Assembly (NCBI GenBank): GCA_002633005.1
Contig: NMRA01000318.1
Location: forward strand, 75,863 to 134,984
DNA from: Phoronis australis
Taxonomy: Eukaryota; Animalia; Phoronida
Length of the DNA stretch: 59,122 bases
Direction: 5' to 3'
Part shown: in pieces, positions 1-11,097 of the stretch
How the letters are laid out: each line of letters starts with the position of its first letter
How positions within the stretch are numbered: the first letter of the stretch is position 1
Translations under genes and position numbers: made by a program
Notes under the pieces: model-generated
Database searches by the model: none
The model's input: only the letters and a program-made list of their open reading frames with translations
Told to the model about the DNA's origin: nothing

Positions 1-179
1 AACTTAAGTTTTCAGAACTTAAGTTTTTGAAAAACATAAGTTTTTCAAAAACTTAAGTTCTGAAAACTTAAGTTCGTTCCAAAAAACTTGTTCCAAAGTA
101 CTTAAGAAATGAAAACTTAAGTTTTTCAGACCAAAAACTTAAGTTTTTCGATGAAAACTTAAGTTCATTTTTGTAAGGG
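1..179. mobile_element. Right end of a DNA transposon with a palindromic AAAACTTAAGTTTT subterminal array (CMC/EnSpm-like), truncated by the window edge
   Basis: About 8 irregular copies of AACTTAAGTT ending in ...CATTTTTGTAAGGG (179). The reverse complement CCCTTACAAAAATG recurs at 22159 and 55192. A CCC terminus plus short subterminal repeats is typical of animal CMC elements (inference). Confidence 0.5.
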
Positions 180-511
180 AGCGCCCATAGTTCAGGCTAG
201 CGACCATCATAGCGCACTACAAACGACGCGAGTGGTTTCAAATTGACACGCAGCCCATAAAGTGTGTCACTCTCAATTTACACAACAAATTCAAATAACA
301 TCTTTTCTCAATATGTGAAAACCAAATCCCGGCTTTGCTTCATACCTCCGAAAGAAAGTTAACACTAGTGACATGCTGTCGTTTTGTGACTGACCTATTT
401 TCCCTGTACTTGGAGGGTATTGAGGAGCAAACTCGAGTTACCCGATGGAAACCCGCACGGAGTCGGAAATTAATTCAAGGCTATTCATTATGGAAAACTA
501 AGTGTTGAGTA

Positions 512-1529
512 CGCAAACAGCATAAGTACCACATTTTTGTTGTGAAATTTGTACTGAATTGTTCCCGTGCATCCAAATACGTCCTTCAGTTAGAGCATCG
601 TTTCACGGATTTTTTTCGACAGACGTTTTTCAAACGTTGAGTTAAGTTGCAAAATTTGAGCTGCGAACAACAAGTGGAGGGAATTTGTGCTCCGACTTTG
701 ATAACACCCAGTAGCAGGTGAGACCTAGCAAAATTGTGGATAATTTTTCAATGGGCATTTTCTCACTTTTCACATTGCAAACTTAGCTACTCGAATATAC
801 ATTTCAGTTAGAGAGCACTGATTCAACTTTCACGTCGGCAACTTGGCGGTCGTGGAGAACAGTAACGCCGTACCTGCATCAACGAACTCAATTTTGCGAT
901 CTGCAATTTCTGTGTGTTTAACGCTGCAGGTATGAGCATTTCTCGATGATCTAAAAAATCAATTTTGGTGCGTAAAAATGACGGAAAAAATTGCGACCTG
1001 GCATTTATGAATGCGAGCTGGATTTTGAAAATGCGATCAGCGATTTTGGCTTGGTAGCAAAATGCGACCTGGCGATTTAATAGCGTCGAGCCCTGGTTAT
1101 ATACTCATAAATATCAAGACGCAAAGATGAGTTCCTACAAGTACGGCGTTACTGTTCTTCGTGACCGCCAGTGAAATGCTGTAGAGCTCAAAGCTAGATG
1201 TGAAAGTTGAATCGGTGCTCTCTAACCGACACGTGCATTCGAGTAGCCCAGTTAACCATATAGTCTAATGCAAAAGGGAGAAAAAGTATCCGCTTGGTCT
1301 GACCTGCCATAAGACAAAGTCGTTAAAGATCCAAACTAACTCTGAGTTTAAACGCCCTCCTTTTTTGTTTGCAGTCCAAACTTTGCAACTTAACTCTGCG
1401 TTTGAAACATGCATGTATCCTGTCGAAAAAAATCCGTGAAACGTTGTCCTTGCCGAATGACATATTGGGAGGCTCGGGAACAGTTCAATGAAAACTTCAC
1501 AAAAAACGTCGCACTTATGCTGTTTACGG
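512..1529. mobile_element. Old long-TIR MITE, Tc1/mariner-like (TA flanks), with a hAT-like end nested in the middle
   Basis: 512-880 is a diverged inverted copy of about 1140-1529 (e.g. GAGAACAGTAACGCCGTAC / GTACGGCGTTACTGTTCTTC; TTTCACGGATTTTTTTCGACAG / CTGTCGAAAAAAATCCGTGAAA). TA at 510-511 and 1530-1531. An internal fragment with GCGACCTGG repeats ends in GAGCCCTG near 1094. Confidence 0.6.
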
Positions 1530-1852
1530 TAAAATTTATAAATATTTTGAGCCTGTCCTAAATTTTAGAAATAGGCAATATTCGCTGTCCGACATTCGAG
1601 AAGTTACGAAAAACGGGAAAATCGACCGTGTCCGAAATCTTAGAATTCATGGGAACGAGTGCCGACATCATTTTGATTTACGGTTTTAGACATTTCGAAC
1701 ATCCGCGCTAATTCACACGATGTCCTCAAAAACGTAAACAGCTGTTTTACTGACTCTGAAAACAATCAACTTAGGCCTACCAAATTTTGTGATAGGAAAT
1801 ATATTTATCTGACTGATTATTCGCAATATCCATTGGTGCTCAACATCTTCAT

Positions 1853-2090
1853 GCGCGTACCCAGCCTTTAATATGGGGGGGGCTCGAATTTCCGTCGATG
1901 TGGACATTTTACCGACAAAAAAGTCGAAGGACTAAAAAAACGAAGTACCACGTCTAGAGCTGTGAATTGTGCGTTTGCGCCTTTTTAGTGGACTTTTTGT
2001 ATTTCTGAGGCAGACCTTTTTGTTCACCTCGCCAGATCTGGGGGGGGGGCTTGTTCGAGCCCCCTAGCTCCCCCCCGGGTGTGCGCATTG
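1853..2090. mobile_element. hAT-type MITE
   Basis: Inverted ends GCGCGTACCC / GGGTGTGCGCATTG with G/C-run subterminals. 8-bp direct repeat ATCTTCAT at 1845-1852 and 2091-2098. A related end lies at about 20510-20555. Confidence 0.6.
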
Positions 2091-3129
2091 ATCTTCATGT
2101 TAAACTGTTCGCACACCAAACAGACGACGCAGCTGCTGTATAGGTAACACTGGTCTGTTTCTGGGGCAGCGCATGCGACATACTAATGAGTCACCTGTCA
2201 CTCAAACAGATGAGCGAAACGCAGTTCCCATCAACAAGATAGTAAATAAGGTCCTCGTGGTATTAGCTCGGTTACGTATCCGGGAGTTTATTTGAAAGTT
2301 TTAGAACTGTTGCTTTATGCGACTGGGGTATATTCAACCAACACAATTTTTGGAATTGTTATTCCGAAACATGCAGTAGGCCAGATCAAAATTTAACCTA
2401 GGACTAGGCCCACGTACTTCTAACCGCAAAACACCACCACGCGCAAGTGACTATTCAAGTATCCGCAAAAAGTGCGTAACTAGCTTCTTCGAAGCAAAGT
2501 AGGCTCTATTATAAACGCGGTTCGTCTCGATAATCTAGGCACTTGCAATCCTGGTAGTGCCGTTACTTTTAATAAATTTTATGTGTCCTGTATTCAGATC
2601 GTCATCAATTCAATTTATTTTTATGCGCGTCTGCGGGTTTAGATCTCCATTACGGGCTGAGGTTTCATTTTACAACTTGCACGACAAAGACTGGGTGCGT
2701 GTGCAGTGGAGCTGCATCACGCTTGCGCGCTAATAACGGGACTGGCCAGTGTCACAGTGCGACATCAGGGATATTGTCGTAGATATTTGATAATACGGGC
2801 ATCTTACATGAAAAATAAATGTTTTTCCACCATAAAGTTTGGTAAGTTGATTGTTTAATAAGTAGAAACACCGCTGTTGTGCCATGGTCAGGCGTATCAG
2901 GAAATTTAAAGTAGCCAAAATGTTAGCGGCAATGAAACGCATCAAAGATCGATTGTGCGTTATCCCATGTTCACGTGACATGTTCACAAGTAACTGGGAG
3001 GGCTGTTCTCGGTTAGTGTTCTTTTGAACTTGATTAGGCAACAACCAAACAGCGGTCGGATTCCCACGAATCGCTTTATATTGATCAAGTATCTGCCGAG
3101 ACGAGTGAAAACTCAGCTCACATACGTTG

Positions 3130-3240
3130 GAAATTACAGGTCGCATGTTGCGACTTCATACGAGCTTGCAAAAAATCTCAGCTCCCATTTCTAAATTTCA
3201 GGTCGCATTTGCGACCTGCAGCTCGTTATGACGAGCCCTG
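3130..3240. mobile_element. hAT-like terminal fragment
   Basis: CAGGTCGCA/TGCGACCTG subterminal repeats ending GAGCCCTG, the same end as at about 1094. It abuts the start of the duplicated ZF unit at 3241. Confidence 0.4.
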
Positions 3241-3664
3241 ACTATGGAGAAGTCGGTACCTCTAAATTCGTCAAGCTCAAACAAATACTCAAGAAATCAG
3301 GATTTCGTTCAGATCCGTTTCCTTTTCCAAAGAAATCATCAGAAAGACACTCTTGATGCATAGGACAAGCTGGGTCAGAGAGTCAAGTGCTTGCAATTCT
3401 AGAGATTACCCGAGGTCTTGTTCCAATTGGGAAAGATTTAAAGACAATGCGTGCTCCCTCGTCTTTGTGGAAGTGTTTCGCCAATAGGCTCATGCACCTC
3501 GTTCCCAATATAGGTACAACTTCACATGTATTCACAATAGCCTAAATGCATGCAAACATTGTCACGGTGTTCACCTGGACGGCATACAATCAGAGTTACA
3601 TGTACAGAAGACTGTAATTGCATCCAAATTATGAACCACACTCAGTATAACGTTATTGTGTCTT

Positions 3665-3969
3665 GCTCGTGTTTTTTTTTTTTGTGTGAGCAAGTAGAAC
3701 ACTGTTTTGTCTAAAGGATTTCCCGAAAACACTACATCTGTACGGCCTGTCACCAGTGTGTGTTCTTGCGTGCTCAACAAGAGTACGATTTCTTCTAAAC
3801 GTTTTTCACACATGCTGCAGCAGTAAAGTTTCTCATTCGTGTGACTGTGTTATTTCGTGCTTAATAAGCAGGTTATCATTTTGTTTAAAAGTCTTTCCAC
3901 ACACACACTACAGCTATATGGTCTCTTAACAGTGTGCATTTTTGTGTGCTCACGAAGATTTCAACTTCG
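3665..3969 (-). pseudogene. Decayed C-terminal fingers of ZF1 beyond the stop codon
   Basis: Finger-like codons continue past TGA 3970-3972 with further stops and frameshifts, ending in a finger homologous to the last finger of ZF3 ([15 protein letters not shown]). Confidence 0.75.
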
Positions 3970-5364
3970 TCAAAAAGTCTTTCCATACACACTGCAGCTG
4001 TATGGTCCCTCGACAGTGAGTATTCTTGTGTGCTCAAGAAGATTTTGATTTGGTATAAAAGACTTTCCACTTGTACTACAGCTGTAAGGTTTTTCACTAG
4101 TGTGAGTTCTTTTGTGCTTATAAAAGGTACGACTTTGCTTAAAAGTCTTTCCACACACACTACAACTGAATGGTCTCTCGTCAGTGTGTGTTCTTGTGTG
4201 CTCAGCTAGCGATTGCTTTCGTATAAAAGACTTTCCACATTCACTACAGCTGTATGGTCTCTCGCCAGTGTGTGTTCTTGTGTGCTCAAGAAGAGACTGA
4301 TTTCGTGTAAAAGTCTTTCCACAATCACTGCATCTGTAAGGTTTTTCACAAGTGTGAGTTCTTTTGTGCTTAAAAAGGGTTTGGTTTCGTTTAAAATTCT
4401 TTCCACACACACAACAGCTGTATGGTCTCTCGACAGCGTGCATTTTTGCGTGTTCACGAAGATTTTGACTTCGTAGAAAAGTCTTTCCACACTCGTTGCA
4501 GCTGTAAGGCCTCTCACCAGTGTGTGTTCTTGCGTGCTGACGAAGATTTTGAATTTGACTGAAATTCTTTCCACACACACTGCAACTGTAAGGTCTCTCT
4601 CCAGTGTGTGTTCTGGTGTGCTGAAGAAGATTTTGATAACGATTAAAATTCTTTCCACACACCGAGCAACTGCATGATTTTTCACTGGCGTGAGTTTTTG
4701 TGTGGGTCGCTAGAACACTACTATGTTTAAAAGACTTCCCACACACAGCGCAACTGTACACCTTGCCATCAGTGTGTCTCCTTGCGTGCATAAGCAACGA
4801 GCTGCTTTGCCTAAATGAGTTTCCACAAACAGAACAGCCATATGGTCTCTCGTTAAAGTGCATTCTGGTATCACTAAGAAGAGATTTGTTTTGAGCGAAA
4901 GATGTCCCGCACTTGTGTGTTCGTGAATGCACAGAAACACTGCACCCATTCTTGAGCACTTTGTCACATATGTTGCACTTAAACTGTTGCACTTCAGTAG
5001 CGTTGTTTGTTGTACTTTGGAGTGATTCCTCAGTTACACTAGCTGCAGTGTTTCCTTCTACAACATCATAATTATCACACTCCAGTTTGAACTCTGTATG
5101 AAGAAATATATTTTTAACCACAGGGGAGACCACTCCATCATAACCAGCCTGGTCTTCAGTCACCTCTTGCTTGATGTAACATTCTTCCGTACTACAGTCA
5201 GGTGCACTGCTTGTAATATCACCTCCACTACATTTTGTGCCACGATCATCACCCAGGCTGTTCACCAAACATTTTTCAAGCTCCCTCTTACCTCCATTGT
5301 CGCAGATCAGGTCATTGGGGTTTTCTAGTTTGACAGCCATTCCATAGACATGTCTTTCATCCAT
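3970..5364 (-). CDS. Tandem C2H2 zinc-finger protein ZF1 (464 aa, 10 canonical fingers, no KRAB/SCAN/ZAD/BTB)
   Basis: Repeated CxxC-x12-HxxxH with TGERPY linkers. The ~125-aa N-terminus is shared with the paralogues. Splice acceptor TTACAG 8 nt before the ATG (AG at 5374-5373). The ORF ends at a TGA inside finger 13. Confidence 0.9.
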   Translation of the reverse strand: MDERHVYGMAVKLENPNDLICDNGGKRELEKCLVNSLGDDRGTKCSGGDITSSAPDCSTEECYIKQEVTEDQAGYDGVVSPVVKNIFLHTEFKLECDNYDVVEGNTAASVTEESLQSTTNNATEVQQFKCNICDKVLKNGCSVSVHSRTHKCGTSFAQNKSLLSDTRMHFNERPYGCSVCGNSFRQSSSLLMHARRHTDGKVYSCAVCGKSFKHSSVLATHTKTHASEKSCSCSVCGKNFNRYQNLLQHTRTHTGERPYSCSVCGKNFSQIQNLRQHARTHTGERPYSCNECGKTFLRSQNLREHAKMHAVERPYSCCVCGKNFKRNQTLFKHKRTHTCEKPYRCSDCGKTFTRNQSLLEHTRTHTGERPYSCSECGKSFIRKQSLAEHTRTHTDERPFSCSVCGKTFKQSRTFYKHKRTHTSEKPYSCSTSGKSFIPNQNLLEHTRILTVEGPYSCSVYGKTF

Positions 5365-6412
5365 GTCTAATGCTGTAACATAGAAATATATACCAAATCT
5401 GTACCAACTTCATTTTCAACCTTACTAACCTTAGGACCTGTTTCAAATGCCTAGCAAACATCACCCTCCTTATCAAAACAAGTTTAACAACTAGAAATCA
5501 AGTGAACATGCACATTACGCTAGATTGCATCATCACAACTATTTTCATCCACATTCTTTCTAGTCTAGCTTCCATTAGGACTTAGTGGTGCTGAAAACTG
5601 ATTTTTATTGAATAGCTCAAGGCTTAGGTTTTCGTTGACAAAATCTCCGTCACTTCCGAACCAATTTTGGAAATTCAAAATCTTATGTAGCATAGTTCAA
5701 TTTTTACTCCTCTCCTTAAGGCCCAGTCATACAGCCCATTACGCATGAATCACTCATGAACCACGCACAGATTTTCGCTTATGCGTGAAGCTTGCGTCGT
5801 ATGCGTAATTGGTCGGTGGAACCAACGTGGAGCATCAGCGAATGTAAGTGGATGTACGTCGAGGGGGGTTTGTGCGCGATTTTTAGTTTTGAACGGTTCA
5901 AAAATTTTCCAACGCACAACTCTGCGTCGGTGTGCGTAATTCGTGAGTTGACGTGCGTAGTTTATGCGTCGAGTATGCGTGATTATGCGCTGTACACGCG
6001 TTTGCCATCAGTGCTTATGCGTCAGAACTGGTTCGAAATCACGCACGTCCACGTCCGTCCACTGACGCCCCACCTTCATATCACGCATGAAATACGCATA
6101 TATGACGTTCATTCCACTGACATCCACTGACAATCACTTACAAAAGTGATAATTAGCTGACATATCACTGATGAAAAACGCATAAAAACGCACATCCACT
6201 GATGGGGGACGCATTTCCAACGCATTGGCACCCACACATGAAGCATGAATAACTTACATGGGCGCACGACTAACTGACAGAAAACTGATGAATCCCTGAT
6301 GTTCCACTGGTGATTCAATGACAACTCACGCATGAATCTTGACCTATTAAAAAGACAAAATTTGGGGCACATTTGCCAATCCAGATCTTGCTACCAAGGG
6401 ATCCATATCACT

Positions 6413-6919
6413 ATGAACCCTCAACGAAGATATGCTAAGGTGTTCTTGCTACAGAACCAGAATGTCCAGATGCTGCAACTTCATGAAATGTTGGCCAGAA
6501 GAAGACGACGCTGGAGACGAAAGACCCGGGCTGTCCGGATCTGAAACTGGATCACTAGAAGACCAGAGCAGGGCTTGTATAACCGCTTGATGATCGAGCT
6601 CAGAAATGAAGACAGAAGATCCTTCCATAACTTTATGAGAATGCCCCCAGACATGTTTGATGAGCTTGTGCAGAGACTGACCCCTAGGATCACCAAGAAG
6701 ACTACAAACTGGAGAGCTCCACTAGAGCCCGGTCTGAAGATTGCCATTACTCTTCGTCACCTGGCATCTGGATCCAAGTACCACGACATGCAGTATGCCT
6801 GGAGGGTCCCCCACAACACCATAAGCATTGTAGACAGAGAAGTGTGTGAGGCCATCATTGAAGAGTATCTGGATGAGCAGTTGTCACCTCCAACCACTGA
6901 GCAAGGCTGGCTGCAGCTG
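6413..6919 (+). pseudogene. Harbinger (HARBI1-family) transposase, N-terminal third only
   Basis: FHNFMRMPPDMFDELV...RAPLEPGLKIAITLRHLASGSKYHDMQYAWRVPHNTISIV..EVCEAI...PTTEQGW is the characteristic N-terminal/HTH region. In-frame TGA at 6542-6544. The catalytic DDE region is deleted. Confidence 0.88.
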
Positions 6920-8022
6920 GTACTGTTGGTACTGTTGGTACTGCTGGACTGGCTGCTGCTGGTACTGCTCGTACATCACAGGAGGAGCAGACATCGCCTG
7001 TGGAGGTCGTGGAGGCTCGCCGTCATCTTTTTGGGAGTCAAGGAGGGTGCAGATATGAGTCCTTATCTTCTTGTATTCATCCACTGGAGCTGCACGGAGA
7101 CTGTCTGCCACATATTTAATGAAGGCCTCCCGTTCTGAAGCAGCCGGTCTTTCTTTAATAAGCTGCGACAAGAGCTGCTGTTGTGTTTTCATGGTCTCCC
7201 GGAGCTCCTTCATCCACTCTTCTTCTTGATCCACTGCTATCTTCCTCCTCTTCTTGCAAGCTATCCTGGAAGTCTGCCTCGGCTGATTCTCGTTCTACGG
7301 TGTCCAAATTATCTTCTATTTGTGAAGCAGGCTGGTCACTGCCTGCCTCACTGTCACTATTCCTAACCGCTGTAGGCTGCCTGAAAGTCAGGGCCAAGTT
7401 CTTCATGGGTTCAGACGTGGCAGATGGCAGCTGAGTCCGGTAAAAATACAGACTGTCCAATATGAACTTCTCTCGGTCGGTGTATTTCTTTGCTGCCTGG
7501 CCAGACTTGTTCTTGGTGAGCCTCACGTACCAATCTTTAATGGACTTCCACCAGCCCATGATGTGCTCCAAAGGCAGTCCAATCTCATCAGCCTTGGCAG
7601 CCTAGACCTGCTTTCTGGTTTTGTACAGGCGATGCCCCCGTCTCCATACCTCGTCGTGCTCGGCCATCCACTCCAGAAGGCTTTCTTCCACCTTAGCTTC
7701 AATGGAAGTCACGTTTAGCTATGGCTTCTCCCTTTGGTTTGCCTTTGCCCTTGCCACTAGGATGTGGTGGATCTTCTTCAGATCTGTCATCAGCAGCAAG
7801 GTCAGCAGCAGGAGGGGCAGACTCGTCTGATTCTGCAGCATGAACTTCCACTTGAATTGTCTAATTAGGAGGTGGAGGGGTAGGCGACCTCCTAGCAGCA
7901 GCACGGGTAGCAGGCTTTTCAGCAACAGCAGCAGCCTCTGGTGGATCCACATGCACTTCTTTATCAGCGGCCTTCTTCTGCACCCTTGTCTTTGAGGGCA
8001 AGCGACTTTTCCTGGGTAGCAT
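6920..8022 (-). pseudogene. Harbinger ORF2, MADF/Myb-SANT DNA-binding protein (stops and frameshifts)
   Basis: ATG at 8022 (MLPRKSR...). MADF-like LLEWMAEHDEVW...IMGWWKSIKDWYVRLTKNKSGQAAKKYTDREKFILDSLYF at about 7430-7700. The Q-rich C-terminus is cut at the deletion junction. Confidence 0.82.
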
Positions 8023-8646
8023 CTTCTTCAAGTAGTCAGGAATCTAATCAGGATCAAACGATGTCTTCTGAATCGGCAAAATGTACTGAGGAACTCCAAC
8101 CAAAGACCGGTTTTATAAGCATGCCGAGGGAGCGTTTTACGTGCGTGATCTATCAGTGTTTCATGCGTCAGACATGCGTGAAACGAAAGTGCTTGTAAGT
8201 GGAATGTGCGCGAAGCATTAGTGTTTGAACGTGATCCGTCAGTGATTCATGCCTGAGGCATGCGTCGAAGGTTCGTGGAATACCATATCATTTTGGATTG
8301 TACGCGTCGATATGCGCGATATGTCAGTGATTCATCAGTGATTGTAAGTGATATGAGCGTGGGCCATAGGTGATTCGTCAGTTATTTGTCAGTGATTTCT
8401 AACCTCTAGACCCGGAAAATTTGGTCAATTTCTCGACGATCAAAAGACGCACAAATTGAATTTGTGCGTGTTGTATGAGTGATTCATGCGTGATCGGCTG
8501 TATGACTGGGCTTTAGACTGCAAGGTTTCCATTGGTTTGTATGTCCCAAAAATAACATGGAAAAGTACTGCCTGTACGCTCTGAAGCCTTCGATTAAGAT
8601 AAAAGGTGAGAGTGGAATGTCTAAGAACCTGTCCAAAAGACCACCT

Positions 8647-8799
8647 CAGGGGCGGATCCAGGATTTTGAGTTGGGGGGGTATGGCAGAGTATTAGCCAGG
8701 ATTTTGCCTATCAGACATTTCCCCCCATCTGACAAATGTAAACAAGGAGAATTTTAGGGGGGCCATGGCCCCCTTGGCCCCCCTCTAAATCCGCCACTG
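8647..8799. mobile_element. hAT-like MITE (153 bp)
   Basis: Termini CAGGGGCGGATCCAG / CTAAATCCGCCACTG with G/C runs. Absent from the paralogous spacers (about 42240 and 47465). No clear TSD. A related fragment lies at about 22586-22640. Confidence 0.65.
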
Positions 8800-9170
8800 C
8801 ATCTGAGAAATTCAAGAGGTCAATTCAAGATTTCTCCAACTTAAGCATGTTTTTAGACAATTTCCCCCAAGACCGAGATGTTCCGTGAAATTTTTTAGGT
8901 GGACAATACTTCTCTTTATCACAATGGAAAAACGAGCATCGCTGTCCGACATTGATATCATGATTTTTATCTAACTTTCTACTGAGTGATACAGGGAAAT
9001 AATCGCATTACCAATGTCTTCACAGCAAAAAATAATGGCTGAAATGAATTGAGATAGCATGGGTAAATTGAAATAGTGTGGGCAAAATCTGGAATTTTTT
9101 AACACGTTTGACTTCTGAAACAGAAAAGTGTACAATCCCTCTTCGAGAAAAAATACGATAAAAATAAGCT

Positions 9171-10912
9171 ACAAGAGCAACGCAGAGCGTTGAAATGCGC
9201 CCATGAATGCATCGCAAACGGTGTGCTTTAGGGTTCTTTATTTGTGTCATAAAATGGCCACTGGATGGCGCAAAAACGCAAAATCCATCTCAAAATGGGA
9301 ACATGTCGGGGCTTCTTTAATAGAAAGCTATTGACCAATTTCACATAAATCTGTCAGAGAACTTCAGAGAAACAAAGGAAAACAGAATAAAATGAAATTG
9401 CCACTAGGGGGCACAGTGTTCACTGGATCCGCCTGAAAGTCGTTATTGTCTGTTGCTAGCTTCATATAAATACAATTACTAAATTTAATTAAGATCCAGC
9501 TGTGTGTTTAGGAGATACAGCTGTGGGTGCAAAACAAAACAAAACTACCATTGGAAACACCACAGTAGCCAAAGTCATCATCGTCAACTAACTTCTTCAC
9601 ACAGAGAACATAAACACAAATTTTCAAAACCATCCTTAGAATGATTTGGTTGACAGAGGGGTGGACACCAAAAAACAGACTCGAAAAAAGCAAAAATGGC
9701 CACTAGGTGGTGCAAAATACCTCGATTCCATCCAAAAACGAGAGGATAACGTCACCTCACCAATAGATGCCCGAACTCAAAATTTTATGAAAATCCATTG
9801 AGGACCCTTGAAGATACTGAGGTACACATAAAGTCTTAAAGTGCCACCAAGGGGAACACCATTAGTCAGATCTGTCTGAAAGTTGTCGTTCTTCTTGTTT
9901 ACATCATATAAATACACTTGTTAAATTTAGTAAAGATCCTGCAAACAGTTTAAGAGATACAGTCATGGGCGCAAAAAAAACGAAACTGCCACTAGGAGGC
10001 ACCACAGTAACTGAAGTCATCGAAAATCATCGTCAGTCGTCCAGGTCATAGTAAAAACATACATGCCAATTTTCACAATTATCCTGAAAGCGATTTGGTT
10101 GATAGAGGGGTGGACGCCAAAAAACGGACTCGAAAATGGTAAAAATGGCGACTAGGTGGCGCAAACTAAGTCGAATCCATCTGAAAACGGAAAGATAGCA
10201 TCACCACACTAACAGAAACCTGTACGCCAAATAGGTCGAGGACCTTTGAAGATACAGAGGTTAACGTAAAAAATAAAAGCGCCACCAGGGGGCATACCAG
10301 TAGTAAAATCCGTCCGAAAGTCGTCGTCCTCCTTTGTCAACATCATATAAATGCACTTACTACATTTAGTAAAGATCCTGCAGACAGTTTAGAACATGTA
10401 CAGCCATAGGCACAAAAAACAAAAATACCACTAGAGGGTGCCACAGTAGTCCAAGTCGTCGGAAAATCATCGTCAGTCATCCACTTCATAGTACGATTTC
10501 ATTGATTGAGGGGTGGATGGGTGGATGATTCAAAACAGACTTGAAAACAGTGAAAATGGCCACTAGGTGGCACAAATTACGTCGAATATATCCGAAAACG
10601 GGAGGATAACATCATCTCACTAATAGATGCCTGCATGACAAATTTAATGAAAATACGCGAAAGACCTTTGAAGATAGAGGTAAGCGTAAAAAACTAAAAT
10701 TGCCACTAGGGGGCACACGGGTAGTCGGATCCGTCCAAAAGTTTGGTCATGCCGTCCCATCCATGAAAGGAACACGTGCAAAATTTCATGGACATAAGTC
10801 ACACGGTTTTGGAGTAAGAGCAGCGGATGCCAGACGGACGCTGGACGGATGCCACCCAGACGGACGGAGGTGACGGCATAATGCGTCCACATATAAATAT
10901 GTGGTTGCATAA
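9171..10912 (-). mobile_element. Non-autonomous Helentron-associated element (HINE/DINE-like) with a central higher-order tandem array
   Basis: Read on the minus strand: T-run, subterminal IR pair (ATGCAACCACAT...ATGTGGACGCAT, 10881-10910), GTCC/CCGT microsatellite (about 10825-10876), tandem array, partner subTIR GGGCGCAT, hairpin CAACGCTCTGCGTTG (9178-9192), then CTCTTGT. No TSD. Empty site at about 47860-47880. Confidence 0.85.
9250..10745 (+). repeat. ~145-bp subunit x11, organised as a ~440-bp three-subunit higher-order repeat, each subunit carrying a CTCF-like motif
   Basis: CCACYAG(G/A)(G/T)GGC-type words start at 9258, 9401, 9548 (degenerate), 9700, 9844, 9989, 10149, 10282, 10428, 10560 and 10703. 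Every third subunit is most similar. Confidence 0.85.
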
Positions 10913-11097
10913 AAATGCGATGGGTTGTTATTTATTGACAACAGTTTTGAGTTGATACAGGTTAGCATTCAATGTATTCATCCTGCCTGAGAGATTACTG
11001 GCGTTAGCCTCGTAACATTAAAAAGACTGACAGGGACTGCTCACTAACAAAAAAATAGATCGATATCAAGCCTCTGAAAACTAATGTTGCCTGGAAT

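Larger units (their letters stand above)
5719..8512 (+). mobile_element. PIF/Harbinger DNA transposon, internally deleted
   Basis: About 50-bp TIRs GCCCAGTCATACAGCC.AT.ACGCATGAATCACTCAT at 5721 and 8511. TTA on both sides (5716-5718, 8513-8515); a TA TSD with the end at 8513 is equally compatible. The empty site at 42101-42130 aligns gap-free with the joined flanks. Contains convergent transposase and MADF genes. Confidence 0.93.

Noticed and set aside
390-470. SINE-like fragment (GAGCAAACTCGAGTTACCCGATGGAAACCCGCAC)
   Set aside because: Resembles a common SINE core but is short, with no Pol III boxes or tail to support it.
2730-3146. 138-aa minus-strand ORF and other isolated 60-130 aa ORFs in 29-39 kb and 52.8-57 kb
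   Set aside because: No domain-like motifs or splice support; lengths are consistent with chance ORFs in repeat-derived DNA.
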